From: Pyrodictiaceae archaeon
GTDB taxonomy: Archaea > Thermoproteota > Thermoprotei_A > Sulfolobales > Pyrodictiaceae
DNA: 64,000 bases
NCBI GenBank assembly: GCA_027036135.1
Contig: JALVSY010000016.1
Location: 160,001 to 224,000 of the forward strand
Reading direction: 5' to 3'
In this document: positions 30,691 to 41,808 of the stretch, one piece after another
How the letters are laid out: each line of letters begins with the position of its first letter
Numbering within the stretch: the stretch's first letter is position 1
Made by a program: the position numbers and the translations under genes
The notes under the pieces: model-generated
Told to the model about the DNA's origin: nothing
Databases searched by the model: none
The model's input: the letters and a program-made list of their open reading frames with translations, nothing else

Positions 30691-32277
30691 TTAAGCATCA
30701 AACACCTTCTGGTTACTCCTCGTTAGCCAATATGTTAGCTTAATTTTCTCCAAGCCAAGCGTCATAAGTGAGGATCTATCTTCCATAAATCGATTTATAC
30801 AAATAAGCTTTAGATGAATATCACGTAGTACTTGTGGGCTTAATTCCCTGGCTCTCGAAAGAGTGTTGCGGGCTTCTTCTAATACATGACGCAGCCCAGC
30901 CAAGTACGGGTTGGGGCATCTATAGTGTTGAGGTTGGGGACTACAATGGAGCCTCAGAATGAAATCGTATATATCCTCTCTCCGGAGCCTAAGAGCTAGC
31001 GATCCTCTCGGTTCCCCGGATGACAAGCCGCGACGGGCATATCTAGGGCCTATCGGGATGGCATCAGGGTCAAAACGCTCTAATTCGAGGCTATTTATTA
31101 CACAGTCCAGGCTACTAAGTTCTCTAATTGTATTATCGAGGGTCTCCGCGGCATATTTCGTATTCAAAGTATAGAGAGCTCTGGCGGCATCCCCTAGCAT
31201 CGACCTAATCCTCTCAAGTACTGTAGGCAAGGCACTTACTATTCTATTAAGGCATTTTGAGGAGAGCGTAGTCGCAATATAGTAATATATTTTATAGAAG
31301 TTAAGGAGACTTAGGTCCTCTCCACTTAGGACATCATCTATGTAAAGAAGCATAATACTTGTATTAACGTCCCTCCCAGCAAGACTATATTCTGTTACAA
31401 ATGTTACTATCCCGTTCAAACAAGACTTGGGCTCAAGCTCGTCTGTATTAATGCCCATAAGCGCTAAATCGTTAACATTAATATTGACATCTCTTATAAC
31501 TCTTGGAAGTGTTAAGTCATCATATATATAAGGAGTAAAGCCTGAAGGAACTAGTATGTCAGCTTTGAAAACTGTGATAGTACGTGGCCTAATACTGGTA
31601 TTTCCGAAAGGAAGCTCTACTCTTACACCAGTCCAGCTAGATTGCCTTGAGGTAGTTCGGACCTTTAGACAGATAAGGCCTTGATGCAGCGATATAAATA
31701 TCAGTTTATGTTTTACCTCATTATATTCAACTGTACCTCCATCAAGGAGTGAGGCCAGGGCATACCTAAAGTTCCGGTAGTGTGGCGGCGGCTGTGTAGC
31801 CGCTTGAAGGAGGGCACGGCTTGAAATTCTCTGTGTTTTCGTGCTAGTTTCACGGGCAATTATAGTGTTCGTTAGCGGAGTATATTCGCCGTTTATTTCG
31901 ATAATCTTATCTGTGAGAACTTTTTCGGCAAGAACGGATCGAAGCATATCGTGTTGCTGCCAGCCGATTATATAGGTTTGCATATAGGGTATCTGCATCT
32001 GAAACGGCATGCGCCAATTGCCAAGTACTAGGAACACGTTGCGCATAGCGAGGCTGTGGACAGGAACTTTCGTACCCTTTATGCCTAGCGCATAAGCGCT
32101 ACTAGCAGAGAGAGGCTCTAGGTGAATGCTACATCCGTGAAAGGATACTGGCTTAGCCAGTTTTTCCAATGTGGCTTCCTCAAGTACCCAATTGAGTTGC
32201 TCTCTTTCGATTGCATAGGATAATGCTTTTTTAACTTTTAATCCATGGCTACGTTGACCACTCACATCCACCCGCAC
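30691..32277 (-). CDS. Hypothetical 528-aa protein co-oriented with the methyltransferase
   Basis: Long ORF about 50 bp downstream of the MTase; no motif recognised. Confidence 0.7.
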   Translation of the reverse strand: MRVDVSGQRSHGLKVKKALSYAIEREQLNWVLEEATLEKLAKPVSFHGCSIHLEPLSASSAYALGIKGTKVPVHSLAMRNVFLVLGNWRMPFQMQIPYMQTYIIGWQQHDMLRSVLAEKVLTDKIIEINGEYTPLTNTIIARETSTKTQRISSRALLQAATQPPPHYRNFRYALASLLDGGTVEYNEVKHKLIFISLHQGLICLKVRTTSRQSSWTGVRVELPFGNTSIRPRTITVFKADILVPSGFTPYIYDDLTLPRVIRDVNINVNDLALMGINTDELEPKSCLNGIVTFVTEYSLAGRDVNTSIMLLYIDDVLSGEDLSLLNFYKIYYYIATTLSSKCLNRIVSALPTVLERIRSMLGDAARALYTLNTKYAAETLDNTIRELSSLDCVINSLELERFDPDAIPIGPRYARRGLSSGEPRGSLALRLRREDIYDFILRLHCSPQPQHYRCPNPYLAGLRHVLEEARNTLSRARELSPQVLRDIHLKLICINRFMEDRSSLMTLGLEKIKLTYWLTRSNQKVFDA

Positions 32278-32326
32278 CCGTTCTGGGAGGGTTGGAGAAC
32301 CGTGCTAATATCGACAGAGAATACCC

Positions 32327-33730
32327 CTATAGGGTTAGCTCTCGTCGTCCAATAAGCACTGTCACAGTGTTGCTGCCAGAAGTCTTGCTTCTATCACCTA
32401 TTGGCTTAACGGGCATATTAATAGTTTCCTCGGCTGTAAATCTGTAGCCAGCAGACTCTATTGCGTCGATCATTAATCTAAGCTTGCGTCGTTGCTCCTC
32501 GTGAAGAAAAATGGCTACTGTTGCTCCTCTACGCAGCACTAGGGCTATAGACCTAAATGCGTCATGCAGCTTACGGAGGTACTCGTTAACGCCTAGGCCT
32601 CGACGGGGGTTTACGACGATCTCGTACCTATAGGCATTTAGTGCCCGTTCTCTATCCTCGCTGCGAAGAGCATCAAGCAGCCATGCCAGGTGTAAAAAGC
32701 TAAGCTCATAATACTGTATCTCGTCAAAATGCGGCGGATCAGTTACGAGAGCATCGAAATACTCTCCCGGAAACATTTTGCTAACCTTACTGGCATCAGC
32801 CCATAGTATAGAGGCATTATAGTCTAGCCAGCGTAGCCTAGAGGCAGATCGCTCAGTATAGACAGCCTTGGCCCCGAGGGATTCCCTGGCTACACGCATA
32901 ACTCGGCTCCTAAACCTTAGAAACGGATTATACTCTGCATGGCGGCGCGGTACCCAGTAGCTATTAATAGCCCATGCGCCAGTACCGCGGCGCGCCATAC
33001 GGCTAGCATTATACGCTATAGCAGCCAAGGATAACCAAAGCAACGATCCGACAGACCCCTTTACGCTATACCCGCGCCTGCGGAGGAAACTGGCGATACC
33101 AGCCATCCCCGCTAGCATAAGGGGTGAGTAAAGCTCGTGTACATACTGGACATTCCTTCGCTTGTCGAAGTCAGCTTTATCAGAATAGCGGAGGGGCAGC
33201 CTAGGATACGGGTCTAAAACATCATCGATTAGATCGTCATAGTTAACCTCAACACTACACCCGGATATAGTGTAGACAATACACCTACGCTCGTCCTCGT
33301 CGCACTCACGGCGAAGAATAAGGCTACGAGCACCTCTACACTTAACCGAGAAGAGTTCCTTCCACCGAACCCGCTCAACCCTGCCATAACGGATCACGCG
33401 CAGCTTAACATTCTCAAAGGCCTTCCAAAAAGCACTTGTGGGCTTCCTAACTCTGCCAACAAGAACACGTGATATAAGCCAAGCGTAAAAATTAACGTCA
33501 AGCATTACAACCTTATAGCCCCAAGAGAGTAGGTGCCTACCTATGCTGCCAGCACCAGCAAAGGGATCAAGAACAAGCTCTCCACCTTTCAATAAGCCTA
33601 ATAATATGCCACGGAGACTCTCTACCGCTACACCCGCCTTGCGCCCCCAGTAGCGTATAGCAGAACGCGTTATAGCCACACCCACTAGCCCCCATGCGTG
33701 CAAGGAGCATGCTGTGGACTCTATACCCAT
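32327..33730 (-). CDS. Amino (m6A/m4C) DNA methyltransferase
   Basis: Motif I DPFAGAGS near the N-terminus; motif IV TDPPHFDEIQYYELS. Confidence 0.85.
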   Translation of the reverse strand: MGIESTACSLHAWGLVGVAITRSAIRYWGRKAGVAVESLRGILLGLLKGGELVLDPFAGAGSIGRHLLSWGYKVVMLDVNFYAWLISRVLVGRVRKPTSAFWKAFENVKLRVIRYGRVERVRWKELFSVKCRGARSLILRRECDEDERRCIVYTISGCSVEVNYDDLIDDVLDPYPRLPLRYSDKADFDKRRNVQYVHELYSPLMLAGMAGIASFLRRRGYSVKGSVGSLLWLSLAAIAYNASRMARRGTGAWAINSYWVPRRHAEYNPFLRFRSRVMRVARESLGAKAVYTERSASRLRWLDYNASILWADASKVSKMFPGEYFDALVTDPPHFDEIQYYELSFLHLAWLLDALRSEDRERALNAYRYEIVVNPRRGLGVNEYLRKLHDAFRSIALVLRRGATVAIFLHEEQRRKLRLMIDAIESAGYRFTAEETINMPVKPIGDRSKTSGSNTVTVLIGRRELTL

Positions 33731-33861
33731 AGCCTAGCTACTGATAATGAACAGCTATATATGAATGCTGCATGCATGCAAAGGGTTAGATGGTAATACC
33801 GTAAAGTTGTGCCACAAAAATACGGTACATCACAGTATAATACCAGTGATACCCAGAGGGT

Positions 33862-36800
33862 ATGGCATTATCTAGGCGATATTTATTCAAACCTGGCCCG
33901 AAAAATATAGCTCAAAAAGGAGTCAACAATTTGCAACGTGTAAAAACGTTCAACAGCGATTATGACCTTGTACGTGTATACAAGGCCTTACTAAGACACG
34001 AAGTCGAACAGCTGCGGAAAAAGGCGAATTATTATCTCGACGGAAACACCGTAGACAAGATCGTATCGTCGGTCACGCAGAATGTAAAAACAATAGTCAA
34101 CCAACTCCTAGATAAAGGCCTGCTTATTCGCATAGGCGACAAGTACACAACAATGCATGCAGAACTCATCCGGAAAATAACTGACCTATCACTAAGGCCA
34201 GGAGAAATCCAAGTCTACGAGTGGCGTCTCTTGGAGCCCCGTGAAACGCCATTACCAAACTTTGCGGCATACCGATACGATGATACAGAGGGTGAAATCG
34301 CAGGCTACCTAGAGAGAAATAATGTAGATCTCGGTGTAGCTAGGAAGGCTGCAAGAGCACTTGTCAATGGACTAAAAGCTTTGGGAAGCGGGCTCTCTAG
34401 CTACCAGTATAAAATGATAAGACATGCCCTCCAGCATCAATGGCCAATAACGCTTGTACTTTCAGCGCCTACAGGCTCCGGTAAAACTCTCATATTCACC
34501 ATAATAGCGCTAGCCTATACATTAGCAAAGAAACTCACCCGTGATCCCAGAAGTAGAGAACCCTATGTCCTCCTCGTTTATCCTCGAAAAGCTCTAGCAA
34601 CAGACCAGCTATACAGACTCATAAAGTTACTATATCATGTGAATAAGGAGCTAGAAAAAGCTGGCCTAGGGGATGCTAAGATAGACGTGGGCATTCTCGA
34701 TGGAGATTCCCTACTAACAGCAACGCATGCAATAGAAGAAGGTAGAAAGTATGTCCGCGGAGTTCAGCAGATTGAGACAAGTAATGGTAATCTGGAATGT
34801 GTATACAGCACTGAAGACGACACTGTTGAATGCAAAGTTAATGGTCAGCCTCTAGGCTACAGGCTTGTAACAGACCTACGTTGCGATATGCTCAGACGAC
34901 CACCGTCAATACTAATTACAAATGTATGGATGCTAGAGGAACACATAATAAGATCTAAGTCCAACGCAAGGCTATGCAATACACAGCTAGGTATCGATGA
35001 CATATTATTCAATGCAAGGCTACTAGTACTAGACGAAGCACACGTTTATAAAGGCTTTCAGCAAGTTGCAATAGCCTCTCTAGTACATAGGTACGTAGTT
35101 GAACTTGCACGCAGAATAGTTGGTATGAGATTAGAGGAATTCAAAGCAAATAATAAGAATGCTGCAGAACTTATAGTGGGATCTCTAATTAATTCGGGAG
35201 ACTTTGCTATAATTCTAAGCTCGGCAACAATAACCACGGTAGACGAGGGTTGTCTAAGCACTAAGAATCCTGGCATTAAAGCTAAGTTTGAGAAAGACAT
35301 AGAGAATTTTGTAAGGTATACAATATCCCCCGGAGTTTACCGACTCATTGGTGACCGTAGGGCAATAGTATCTGAGAACTATGACTGCATAGAAACCAAT
35401 AGCAAAGACACAAGACTAACCATAGTATTAATTCTAGCTCCTAAGCCGGGTGTTTCAGCGTCAACACTACAGCAAGAGGTAATACTAACGACACTAGCCT
35501 GGTCAACAGCGTTTAAAGCTAAAACAAGGCGTCCAATAAAGTTCATAAGCTTCTTCGATAATAAGGATGAACTCTCGAGAGTGTACCGCTGGATAACAGA
35601 TATCATAATAAGAGAGCGCTGCGAGCACTGTGACCACCTGGCAATACCAGACTACAATAGCACACGTCCGCAGTGCGGAGTAAAACCAACGCTGCAAGCC
35701 AAGGCGGCATGGAAAAAATACATTGCATCAGTAATCGCGAAGCTAAACGTAAATATTAACAGCTTACAGCAAGTACCGAGGCTACATAATATAGCAGTAG
35801 AGGACATCATAAACGCGTTCTACAATAACCACGAATTCTGGGTAACATTTCCCCTTAACGAAAACATAAAAACAGCAGCCGACTTAGTAAGACAGATTGT
35901 CAATGTTGCTGGTGAAGTCTGCAAGGGCAGGGAGATAATAGGAGTCCACCATGGAGACCTAGATACCACAACACGGCAAGAAGTAGAACGTAAGTTCAAA
36001 AAGGGAGAGCTACTGGGCCTACTTTCAACACAAACCTTAGAGCTAGGCATAGACATAAACGACGTTGGAGTAGTAATACAGTTTAAACCACCACGTAAAG
36101 CAGAAAACTTTGTACAAAGAATTGGTAGAGCTGGCAGAAGTCGTGCAAGCTTCTATACAACACTAGGCATATTAGTCCTAAGCAGTATAGATACTGCATA
36201 CCTAATAGAAGACCATGCAAGAGAACAACTATTCCATGTCAGACCTGAGAAACCCCCCTACTCCAACTATAATATGGTGCTAGCAACTACATTACGCTAC
36301 ATACTCTACGTTCTATCAAAGTATAATGACGAAACACAACGACTATTAGCAAAGGCTATGTCACGTTATAACATAGCTATAGATAAGTTTGCTGATATAC
36401 AAAAGATACTAACAAGACGGCAAAGTCTACGTCAAGCATTAGCAGATTTACACGATATTATAGAAAGCCAAGAATTTAGGGACACCGTTGTTGATCTACT
36501 AGTGACGATGTATCAAGATAGCGACGTAACGAGAGACATGGTGCTAGGGGCCTATAACACCATACTAGCTGACATAGATAGTATATTACGAGGAGCAGAA
36601 GTAAAGGTAGAAGATGTTTACCAGATACTTGATTATCTTCGAGAAAGGGTTATAGAGCTAATTAATAAGTGCATAGAGCGAATGAAGAGTGATATAGCTA
36701 AACTTAGCAAAAAAGTCAATAAAATATATTATGTAAAAATCTTAGAGAGAGGTATTGAAGAGCAACGGCGAGCAATAAATAACCTGCTTGATGAACTCGC

Positions 36801-37032
36801 TAGAAAAATTGAGGGACTCGTTGAAAGTTGTAATAAGGCACGAATAGGCTGTGAGGATATAAACTATGTAGTTAGTAGCCTTAAGGAACTTTTAGAAACA
36901 AGTTTCGAACATCCCATACAAGTTATAGAGCACCTTGATAAGTGTAGAGAGATTAAAGTAGACGAAATAAATAAGGAGTATCCTAGTTGTAGAAAAATTT
37001 TATCGTTTGTTGAAAGTTTATGTACGTACTAA
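33862..37032 (+). CDS. SF2 DEAH-box helicase (DrmA/MrfA-like)
   Basis: APTGSGKT, YPRKAL, DEAH, SAT, HHGDL, TLELGIDI, QRIGRAGR. Confidence 0.93.
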   Translation: MALSRRYLFKPGPKNIAQKGVNNLQRVKTFNSDYDLVRVYKALLRHEVEQLRKKANYYLDGNTVDKIVSSVTQNVKTIVNQLLDKGLLIRIGDKYTTMHAELIRKITDLSLRPGEIQVYEWRLLEPRETPLPNFAAYRYDDTEGEIAGYLERNNVDLGVARKAARALVNGLKALGSGLSSYQYKMIRHALQHQWPITLVLSAPTGSGKTLIFTIIALAYTLAKKLTRDPRSREPYVLLVYPRKALATDQLYRLIKLLYHVNKELEKAGLGDAKIDVGILDGDSLLTATHAIEEGRKYVRGVQQIETSNGNLECVYSTEDDTVECKVNGQPLGYRLVTDLRCDMLRRPPSILITNVWMLEEHIIRSKSNARLCNTQLGIDDILFNARLLVLDEAHVYKGFQQVAIASLVHRYVVELARRIVGMRLEEFKANNKNAAELIVGSLINSGDFAIILSSATITTVDEGCLSTKNPGIKAKFEKDIENFVRYTISPGVYRLIGDRRAIVSENYDCIETNSKDTRLTIVLILAPKPGVSASTLQQEVILTTLAWSTAFKAKTRRPIKFISFFDNKDELSRVYRWITDIIIRERCEHCDHLAIPDYNSTRPQCGVKPTLQAKAAWKKYIASVIAKLNVNINSLQQVPRLHNIAVEDIINAFYNNHEFWVTFPLNENIKTAADLVRQIVNVAGEVCKGREIIGVHHGDLDTTTRQEVERKFKKGELLGLLSTQTLELGIDINDVGVVIQFKPPRKAENFVQRIGRAGRSRASFYTTLGILVLSSIDTAYLIEDHAREQLFHVRPEKPPYSNYNMVLATTLRYILYVLSKYNDETQRLLAKAMSRYNIAIDKFADIQKILTRRQSLRQALADLHDIIESQEFRDTVVDLLVTMYQDSDVTRDMVLGAYNTILADIDSILRGAEVKVEDVYQILDYLRERVIELINKCIERMKSDIAKLSKKVNKIYYVKILERGIEEQRRAINNLLDELARKIEGLVESCNKARIGCEDINYVVSSLKELLETSFEHPIQVIEHLDKCREIKVDEINKEYPSCRKILSFVESLCTY

Positions 37033-37048
37033 CTAAATCTAATTGTAG

Positions 37049-39451
37049 GTGAGTACGATGACTATGACAGCTCGAAGGGGAAGGAAAAAGAGACATCGTC
37101 GTGGCCAGCCTTTCCTCTATAGAGTATTGAGTGTCCTCGGTAGGCATTATAGTATTGCTGTAGACGGCAGTAAATACGTAGCTGGAAGCTATGGTTACAA
37201 CATTACGATAGAGCGTTATAAAAATCCATGGGATGGACCAAGAGAGGAGGCTGTGGTACTACTGCCAACATCGATAGTTGCACGGTATAGGCCGTTCAAC
37301 TTTATAGTAAGGGAAAATAACATTTATTTTGTACCGCCAAGGTTTTATCCGTGGCCTAACCGTGGGTTATACGTTCTAGGTGGAATTATCTCTAAAAGAG
37401 ATACAAAGATCGAAAACAACACTCTACGCATAAGGCCACGTATTGTTGTGGCTTATCTCAATAAACCTGTGCATTACATATTCTTCGGTACCCGATCGGA
37501 ACTCGAGGAATATGCGCATGAGATGCTTGTAAAGACTGCTTACGACTTAGAGCCCGTTAAGACCAGTATCGCGACGTTAAATAGGCTCTTCATGCTTAGA
37601 AGAATTAGAACATATAATGTAAACATTAACACAAATGATAATATCGCTATAATGTATATGCTCGTGAGTATAGATGAGGCTGGGCAAGCCAGACTCGCGG
37701 GTATTACAATGGTTAAGGTGGGCCCCTATCCGGGCTCTAGGCTTGTTGGCGTCATCGCTGATCGCCAAGCTCCCTATGCCACCTTAAGACTTGTAGCTGC
37801 AGGATTCACATTAGACGAACTTTCAAGCATGTTCCATGGGATCTTAGACCTTGATGACATACTGATAGATCTTTCGATATCCGGTCAAAATATAAACAGG
37901 TTGCGTAAGGAAGCATGGGCGTTAAGGATCTTAAAGGCGCTGAGGAATAGCAAGTATGTATTGAGGTTTAGCGATTTAAGAGACTATAAAGTTCAGATAG
38001 GCAGTAGTAGTGGCATGTACTTTAATGTTGAAGGAATTAGCATTAATGATCTGGGTGAGGCTTATGAAGTCGGTCATTTGCTGCGAGCAATAGATTTAGT
38101 AGCTACGCTTCACACTTTCACCGAGACTATTCGTGGTAGATCAAGTACCCTAGTTAAGGCACACTTATCGCCTAGCAATGGCAGTATCGCGGTAGACTAC
38201 GTAGATGGTGTAGATGCTATACTAAGATTCGCATCCTTTATGCTGACGTATCGAAGTAACTTCGTGGTACCACAGTTGGTTTATCCCCATGCATATATGG
38301 ATATAGCAATTAGTAGTAGCAAGGCACTAAGGTTCAGACTCGAGAATATTGACGAAAAAGTACTCACGGCAGTAGCGTTTACGGCTTCGGCAAAGAATCC
38401 AGAGTTTGCAGATATAATGGCTCTACGGCTAGCACTACAGAAACACTTTTACCCGCCAGGCTTGCAGGGCTCAGCTCCACTGCCTTGCATTAGTAAACGA
38501 AGCGAAGAACTACACGGATACGTAAACTTTCTAGACCTAGGCCTTCTGCTTGCACGGAAAATCCTATGTACACACACAACAAGCGTGAAAGACAAGAAGA
38601 GATTAGGCTGTAATCAGATTAATAACTATTATGCCCGCATTGAGAATATACTAAAGCTCGCAGAAGCGCTACGAAACGGTGATCTCGAGGAAATACGTAA
38701 TAGAATTAGCGAATGTCGTGCGAAAAGCTTCCTTAGATACAGCCTCGCCTGGAGCCTAGCCTATGCTATCCTTAAGGGTCTAGCCCAGGTTCAGGGTGGA
38801 GCATTACTAGATTCAGTAATACTTGCCTGCAGAAGAACAGGACAGGACTGTGACTCCGACTGTGAGGTACTTGTAGTTGAAGCTGGTGAGCAGGGCCTAG
38901 GCTTTATCGACGCTATTAAGGCAGACCCAAATCTACTCCTTAAAGCAGCCTCAGTAACGAAGAAAATCATAGACCAGTGTAACCCCGCAAACATGATGAA
39001 ACGAAAACAATCTACGATAAATACATTGGCTAAAACCCATAGTGAAGTACAAGAGCTTGATAAATGCTTCTATGAGTTCCTCGATGAGCTAAAGAGGATA
39101 AATATAAATAGACCGTCAATCGACATAGCTAGAGTCGCGTTCCACAAGTATCTAGAGCTTTGTAGTGATCCAAAGTACCAGCATCTATGCAGCCCAGCAT
39201 GCGTATGGACAGCTAGAAAAATAATATCACGTGAAAGTCAAGCCTCAGAATTCCTACGATCACTACTTCCCGAAATTTACGGTGCATATATACCAAGCTG
39301 TTGGGATGGCTGTCTGATCTGTATCCATGTCTCGCAAAGGGTGTTAGCCAGCGGGTTAACAAATCATGAGCAGATGATATATGTCTCGAAGACGCTAGCT
39401 CACATACTACTATCAGCGCTTTTAACTGGTAAGGGAGGCGGCAAGCAATGA
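37049..39451 (+). CDS. DUF1998-like (DrmB-like) Zn-binding protein
   Basis: SLAWSLAYAILKGL...VLVVEAGEQGLGF and C-terminal CWDGCLIC; likely start ATG 37058 after GGTGA. Confidence 0.7.
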   Translation: MSTMTMTARRGRKKRHRRGQPFLYRVLSVLGRHYSIAVDGSKYVAGSYGYNITIERYKNPWDGPREEAVVLLPTSIVARYRPFNFIVRENNIYFVPPRFYPWPNRGLYVLGGIISKRDTKIENNTLRIRPRIVVAYLNKPVHYIFFGTRSELEEYAHEMLVKTAYDLEPVKTSIATLNRLFMLRRIRTYNVNINTNDNIAIMYMLVSIDEAGQARLAGITMVKVGPYPGSRLVGVIADRQAPYATLRLVAAGFTLDELSSMFHGILDLDDILIDLSISGQNINRLRKEAWALRILKALRNSKYVLRFSDLRDYKVQIGSSSGMYFNVEGISINDLGEAYEVGHLLRAIDLVATLHTFTETIRGRSSTLVKAHLSPSNGSIAVDYVDGVDAILRFASFMLTYRSNFVVPQLVYPHAYMDIAISSSKALRFRLENIDEKVLTAVAFTASAKNPEFADIMALRLALQKHFYPPGLQGSAPLPCISKRSEELHGYVNFLDLGLLLARKILCTHTTSVKDKKRLGCNQINNYYARIENILKLAEALRNGDLEEIRNRISECRAKSFLRYSLAWSLAYAILKGLAQVQGGALLDSVILACRRTGQDCDSDCEVLVVEAGEQGLGFIDAIKADPNLLLKAASVTKKIIDQCNPANMMKRKQSTINTLAKTHSEVQELDKCFYEFLDELKRININRPSIDIARVAFHKYLELCSDPKYQHLCSPACVWTARKIISRESQASEFLRSLLPEIYGAYIPSCWDGCLICIHVSQRVLASGLTNHEQMIYVSKTLAHILLSALLTGKGGGKQ

Positions 39452-39915
39452 CAAACACCAGAATACAAAGGTACACCGGCAAAAACCTTTACACAAAACT
39501 CGTGAAAGAGCTGGAAAAAGCTAGAAAATTAATAATAGCAGTTACACCATTCATAGACCGAGATAGCGTAGACAAGCTAACAAAGTTGGCAGCAGGAGGA
39601 ACAAGAGTCTACATAGTGACCTTAAATGATCCCCGAAAAACAATGAAGACGCTACAGTACATAGCAGAAAAAGCGAGCGAAGTTCAAAACCTATGGTGCT
39701 ACGCTTTACGCAGCATACATGCAAAGATATACATAGTAGACCTCGAAAAAATGCTAACAGGCTCCGTAAACCTGGTAAAGACGGCTAATAAAAACATAGA
39801 GAACCTTGAGGTAATAGACGATCCCGATTATATAGCCATAGAAGCAGTAAAACTAATTTCAACAGTGCTACGAGAGGCAAAATCCTGCAAGGAAGCAGCC
39901 GCGGAGAAACAATAA
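39448..39915 (+). CDS. Stand-alone phospholipase D-family nuclease (DrmC-like)
   Basis: TPF, HAKIYIVD (HKD), TGSVNL, NLE; ATGA overlap with the upstream gene. Confidence 0.88.
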   Translation: MTNTRIQRYTGKNLYTKLVKELEKARKLIIAVTPFIDRDSVDKLTKLAAGGTRVYIVTLNDPRKTMKTLQYIAEKASEVQNLWCYALRSIHAKIYIVDLEKMLTGSVNLVKTANKNIENLEVIDDPDYIAIEAVKLISTVLREAKSCKEAAAEKQ

Positions 39916-40147
39916 CGGTACCACAACTTTATATAGCATACCTTGAGAAAGCTAAATCTCGGCATGTACCGTTTTCCACTTGTCAGCTACCATATGTGGT
40001 GGGGAACAAGCAGGGTTAGTTTAACGATTATGAGACAATTCCATTATAACAGTGATAGCGTTGCATAGAGTTTATAAGGCTAATGTTCTACAATTACGTG
40101 TTTATGTCACCTAGTATAGCATAAAAACTATCTTTTCTACAACATAT

Positions 40148-40175
40148 GTGATCCCGGGTTCAAATCCTGGCCGCC
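40148..40175 (+). repeat. att copy of the tRNA-Gly 3' part
   Basis: GTGATCCCGGGTTCAAATCCTGGCCGCC, 27/28 identical to 28933-28960. Confidence 0.88.
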
Positions 40176-40312
40176 ACCCAGCTTCTTCCCTTACCGTCTT
40201 ACACGCTGAGATTTCTCTAGAGCTAACTTCAATTATCGGTGCCGGGGTCCTTAGCTTAGTTACTCCTACCCCTCTATATCATTATCGAGGCAATTCCTTA
40301 GCTGGGGTATCT

Positions 40313-41728
40313 GTGAAGTTAATACCACATCAGCTCCGTCGTCGAAGAGTTCTTTGCGTAAGGCAGTATTCGCGTAGCTTCTATAGCGTAGTAGATAGTT
40401 ATTACAAACTATTGGATAATCTTGGCGCTAGATATGTTTATGAATGTAGGAAGGGAGTATGCTACTCCTACATAGTTGTGAATAATAACTCCTCCGTAGC
40501 TCTTCTCGAAGCCCCAGGGCTCGTCATAGAAGAGGCGAAAAAGCCGCAGGACTGCATATCGGATAACGTGATGCCGTTACCGCTATCCGAGGCCGGGTTT
40601 CTCGATACGGGTCTAGTTGAGCCGCCGAGTGGCGAGTGTTTTGTGCTTGGCTTTGTTGGGTCGAAGAGGCTTTGCATAGAGATTGATGATGTGTGGCGAC
40701 ATATATGGGTTCTTGGATCAACTGGTTCTGGTAAGACTCATACAGCTGCTAGACTAGCTCGCTGTCTATCAGGTAAGGGATTAGGTATCCTTGTTCTCGA
40801 CTGGCATGGGGAGTATGCACGGTTGCTCAGAGAGATAGGCGTTGAGTATAAGCTGCTAAGCTATCCCTCGGCGCCGAGCCTGCCTTTAGTGAATACTGAT
40901 ATGCCCTTAGAGGTCTCGATAGATATTCTTGAGCACGTGCTTAGTCTCAGCCCGTTTCAGACATCGATACTCTCTCTTTTGCTAGCGCTAGTCTCGGGTG
41001 TACTAACGCCCGAGGAGCTTAAACGTACCGAGAACGCGCTCGGCTCAACTATGTTTAATACTATTAGTAAGGTTTTTGAGCGGAAGCCTATTAGCCGGGG
41101 AAGCAGCCTCCGCGATCTCTACACACTACTTCTCAGCGCCTACGAGGAGGTCTCGACACAGATAACGCGCTCTGAGAGGGAGATTTGGTCCGCGCTTATC
41201 CGTAGAATACAGATATTCATAACGAGTGGGTACGAGGACCTTTTCAAAGTCTATGACTCATTCCCGGACACGATAAGGGATCCGAGAGGAGTAGTAGTTG
41301 TTGACTTATCGTCGATTCGTTCCCTTAGAGCTAGGAGACTTTACGCATACTTCCTCCTCTATGGGCTCTATTTCTCAAAGCTAGGACACGCTGCTTCGCC
41401 GGGGCTTGTAGTCGTTATTGAAGAGGCCCATAACCTCCTCGACCTGGATATCGTTCCTGTAATGCTACAGGAGGCCAGGAAGTATAAACTCGGACTAATA
41501 ATAGTAACCCATACGCCATCCCTCTTACCAGTGGTTGCACAAACTAATCTAAACACGCTGATAATCCATAGGATGATGGGGGAGAAGGACAAGGAGTTCC
41601 TTAGCCACGTTATAGGTGTTAGAGAGCTAAGTGAGATAGCCTCTTCCCTAAGACCTGGCGAGGCAATAGTCTTTACTAGGCAAGGCCCCGTAATAGCCAC
41701 AATAAGGCTGGACGCCGAGTGCACATAG
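40313..41728 (+). CDS. HerA/DUF87 family ATPase
   Basis: RHIWVLGSTGSGKT, LDWHGEY, VVIEEAHN, EARKY; start moved downstream of the att repeat. Confidence 0.85.
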   Translation: MKLIPHQLRRRRVLCVRQYSRSFYSVVDSYYKLLDNLGARYVYECRKGVCYSYIVVNNNSSVALLEAPGLVIEEAKKPQDCISDNVMPLPLSEAGFLDTGLVEPPSGECFVLGFVGSKRLCIEIDDVWRHIWVLGSTGSGKTHTAARLARCLSGKGLGILVLDWHGEYARLLREIGVEYKLLSYPSAPSLPLVNTDMPLEVSIDILEHVLSLSPFQTSILSLLLALVSGVLTPEELKRTENALGSTMFNTISKVFERKPISRGSSLRDLYTLLLSAYEEVSTQITRSEREIWSALIRRIQIFITSGYEDLFKVYDSFPDTIRDPRGVVVVDLSSIRSLRARRLYAYFLLYGLYFSKLGHAASPGLVVVIEEAHNLLDLDIVPVMLQEARKYKLGLIIVTHTPSLLPVVAQTNLNTLIIHRMMGEKDKEFLSHVIGVRELSEIASSLRPGEAIVFTRQGPVIATIRLDAECT

Positions 41729-41808
41729 TGCCTGAGGCGTATTATCTTTAAACTAGATCTCTGCTGCTAAAGAGAGTAAGTGGAAGGAAAGAGAGTGGGT
41801 ATCCTCCC

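Larger units (their letters stand above)
28933..40175. mobile_element. Genomic island integrated at tRNA-Gly(TCC)
   Basis: 28-bp direct repeat of the tRNA 3' part (28933-28960 and 40148-40175, one mismatch); AT-richer than flanks; integrase remnant; defence-like cargo. Confidence 0.85.

Noticed and set aside
40148-40312. N-terminal extension MIPGSNPGRH of the HerA ORF, and ORF 28933-29139
   Set aside because: Both are translations of the tRNA-Gly/att sequence, not real protein starts
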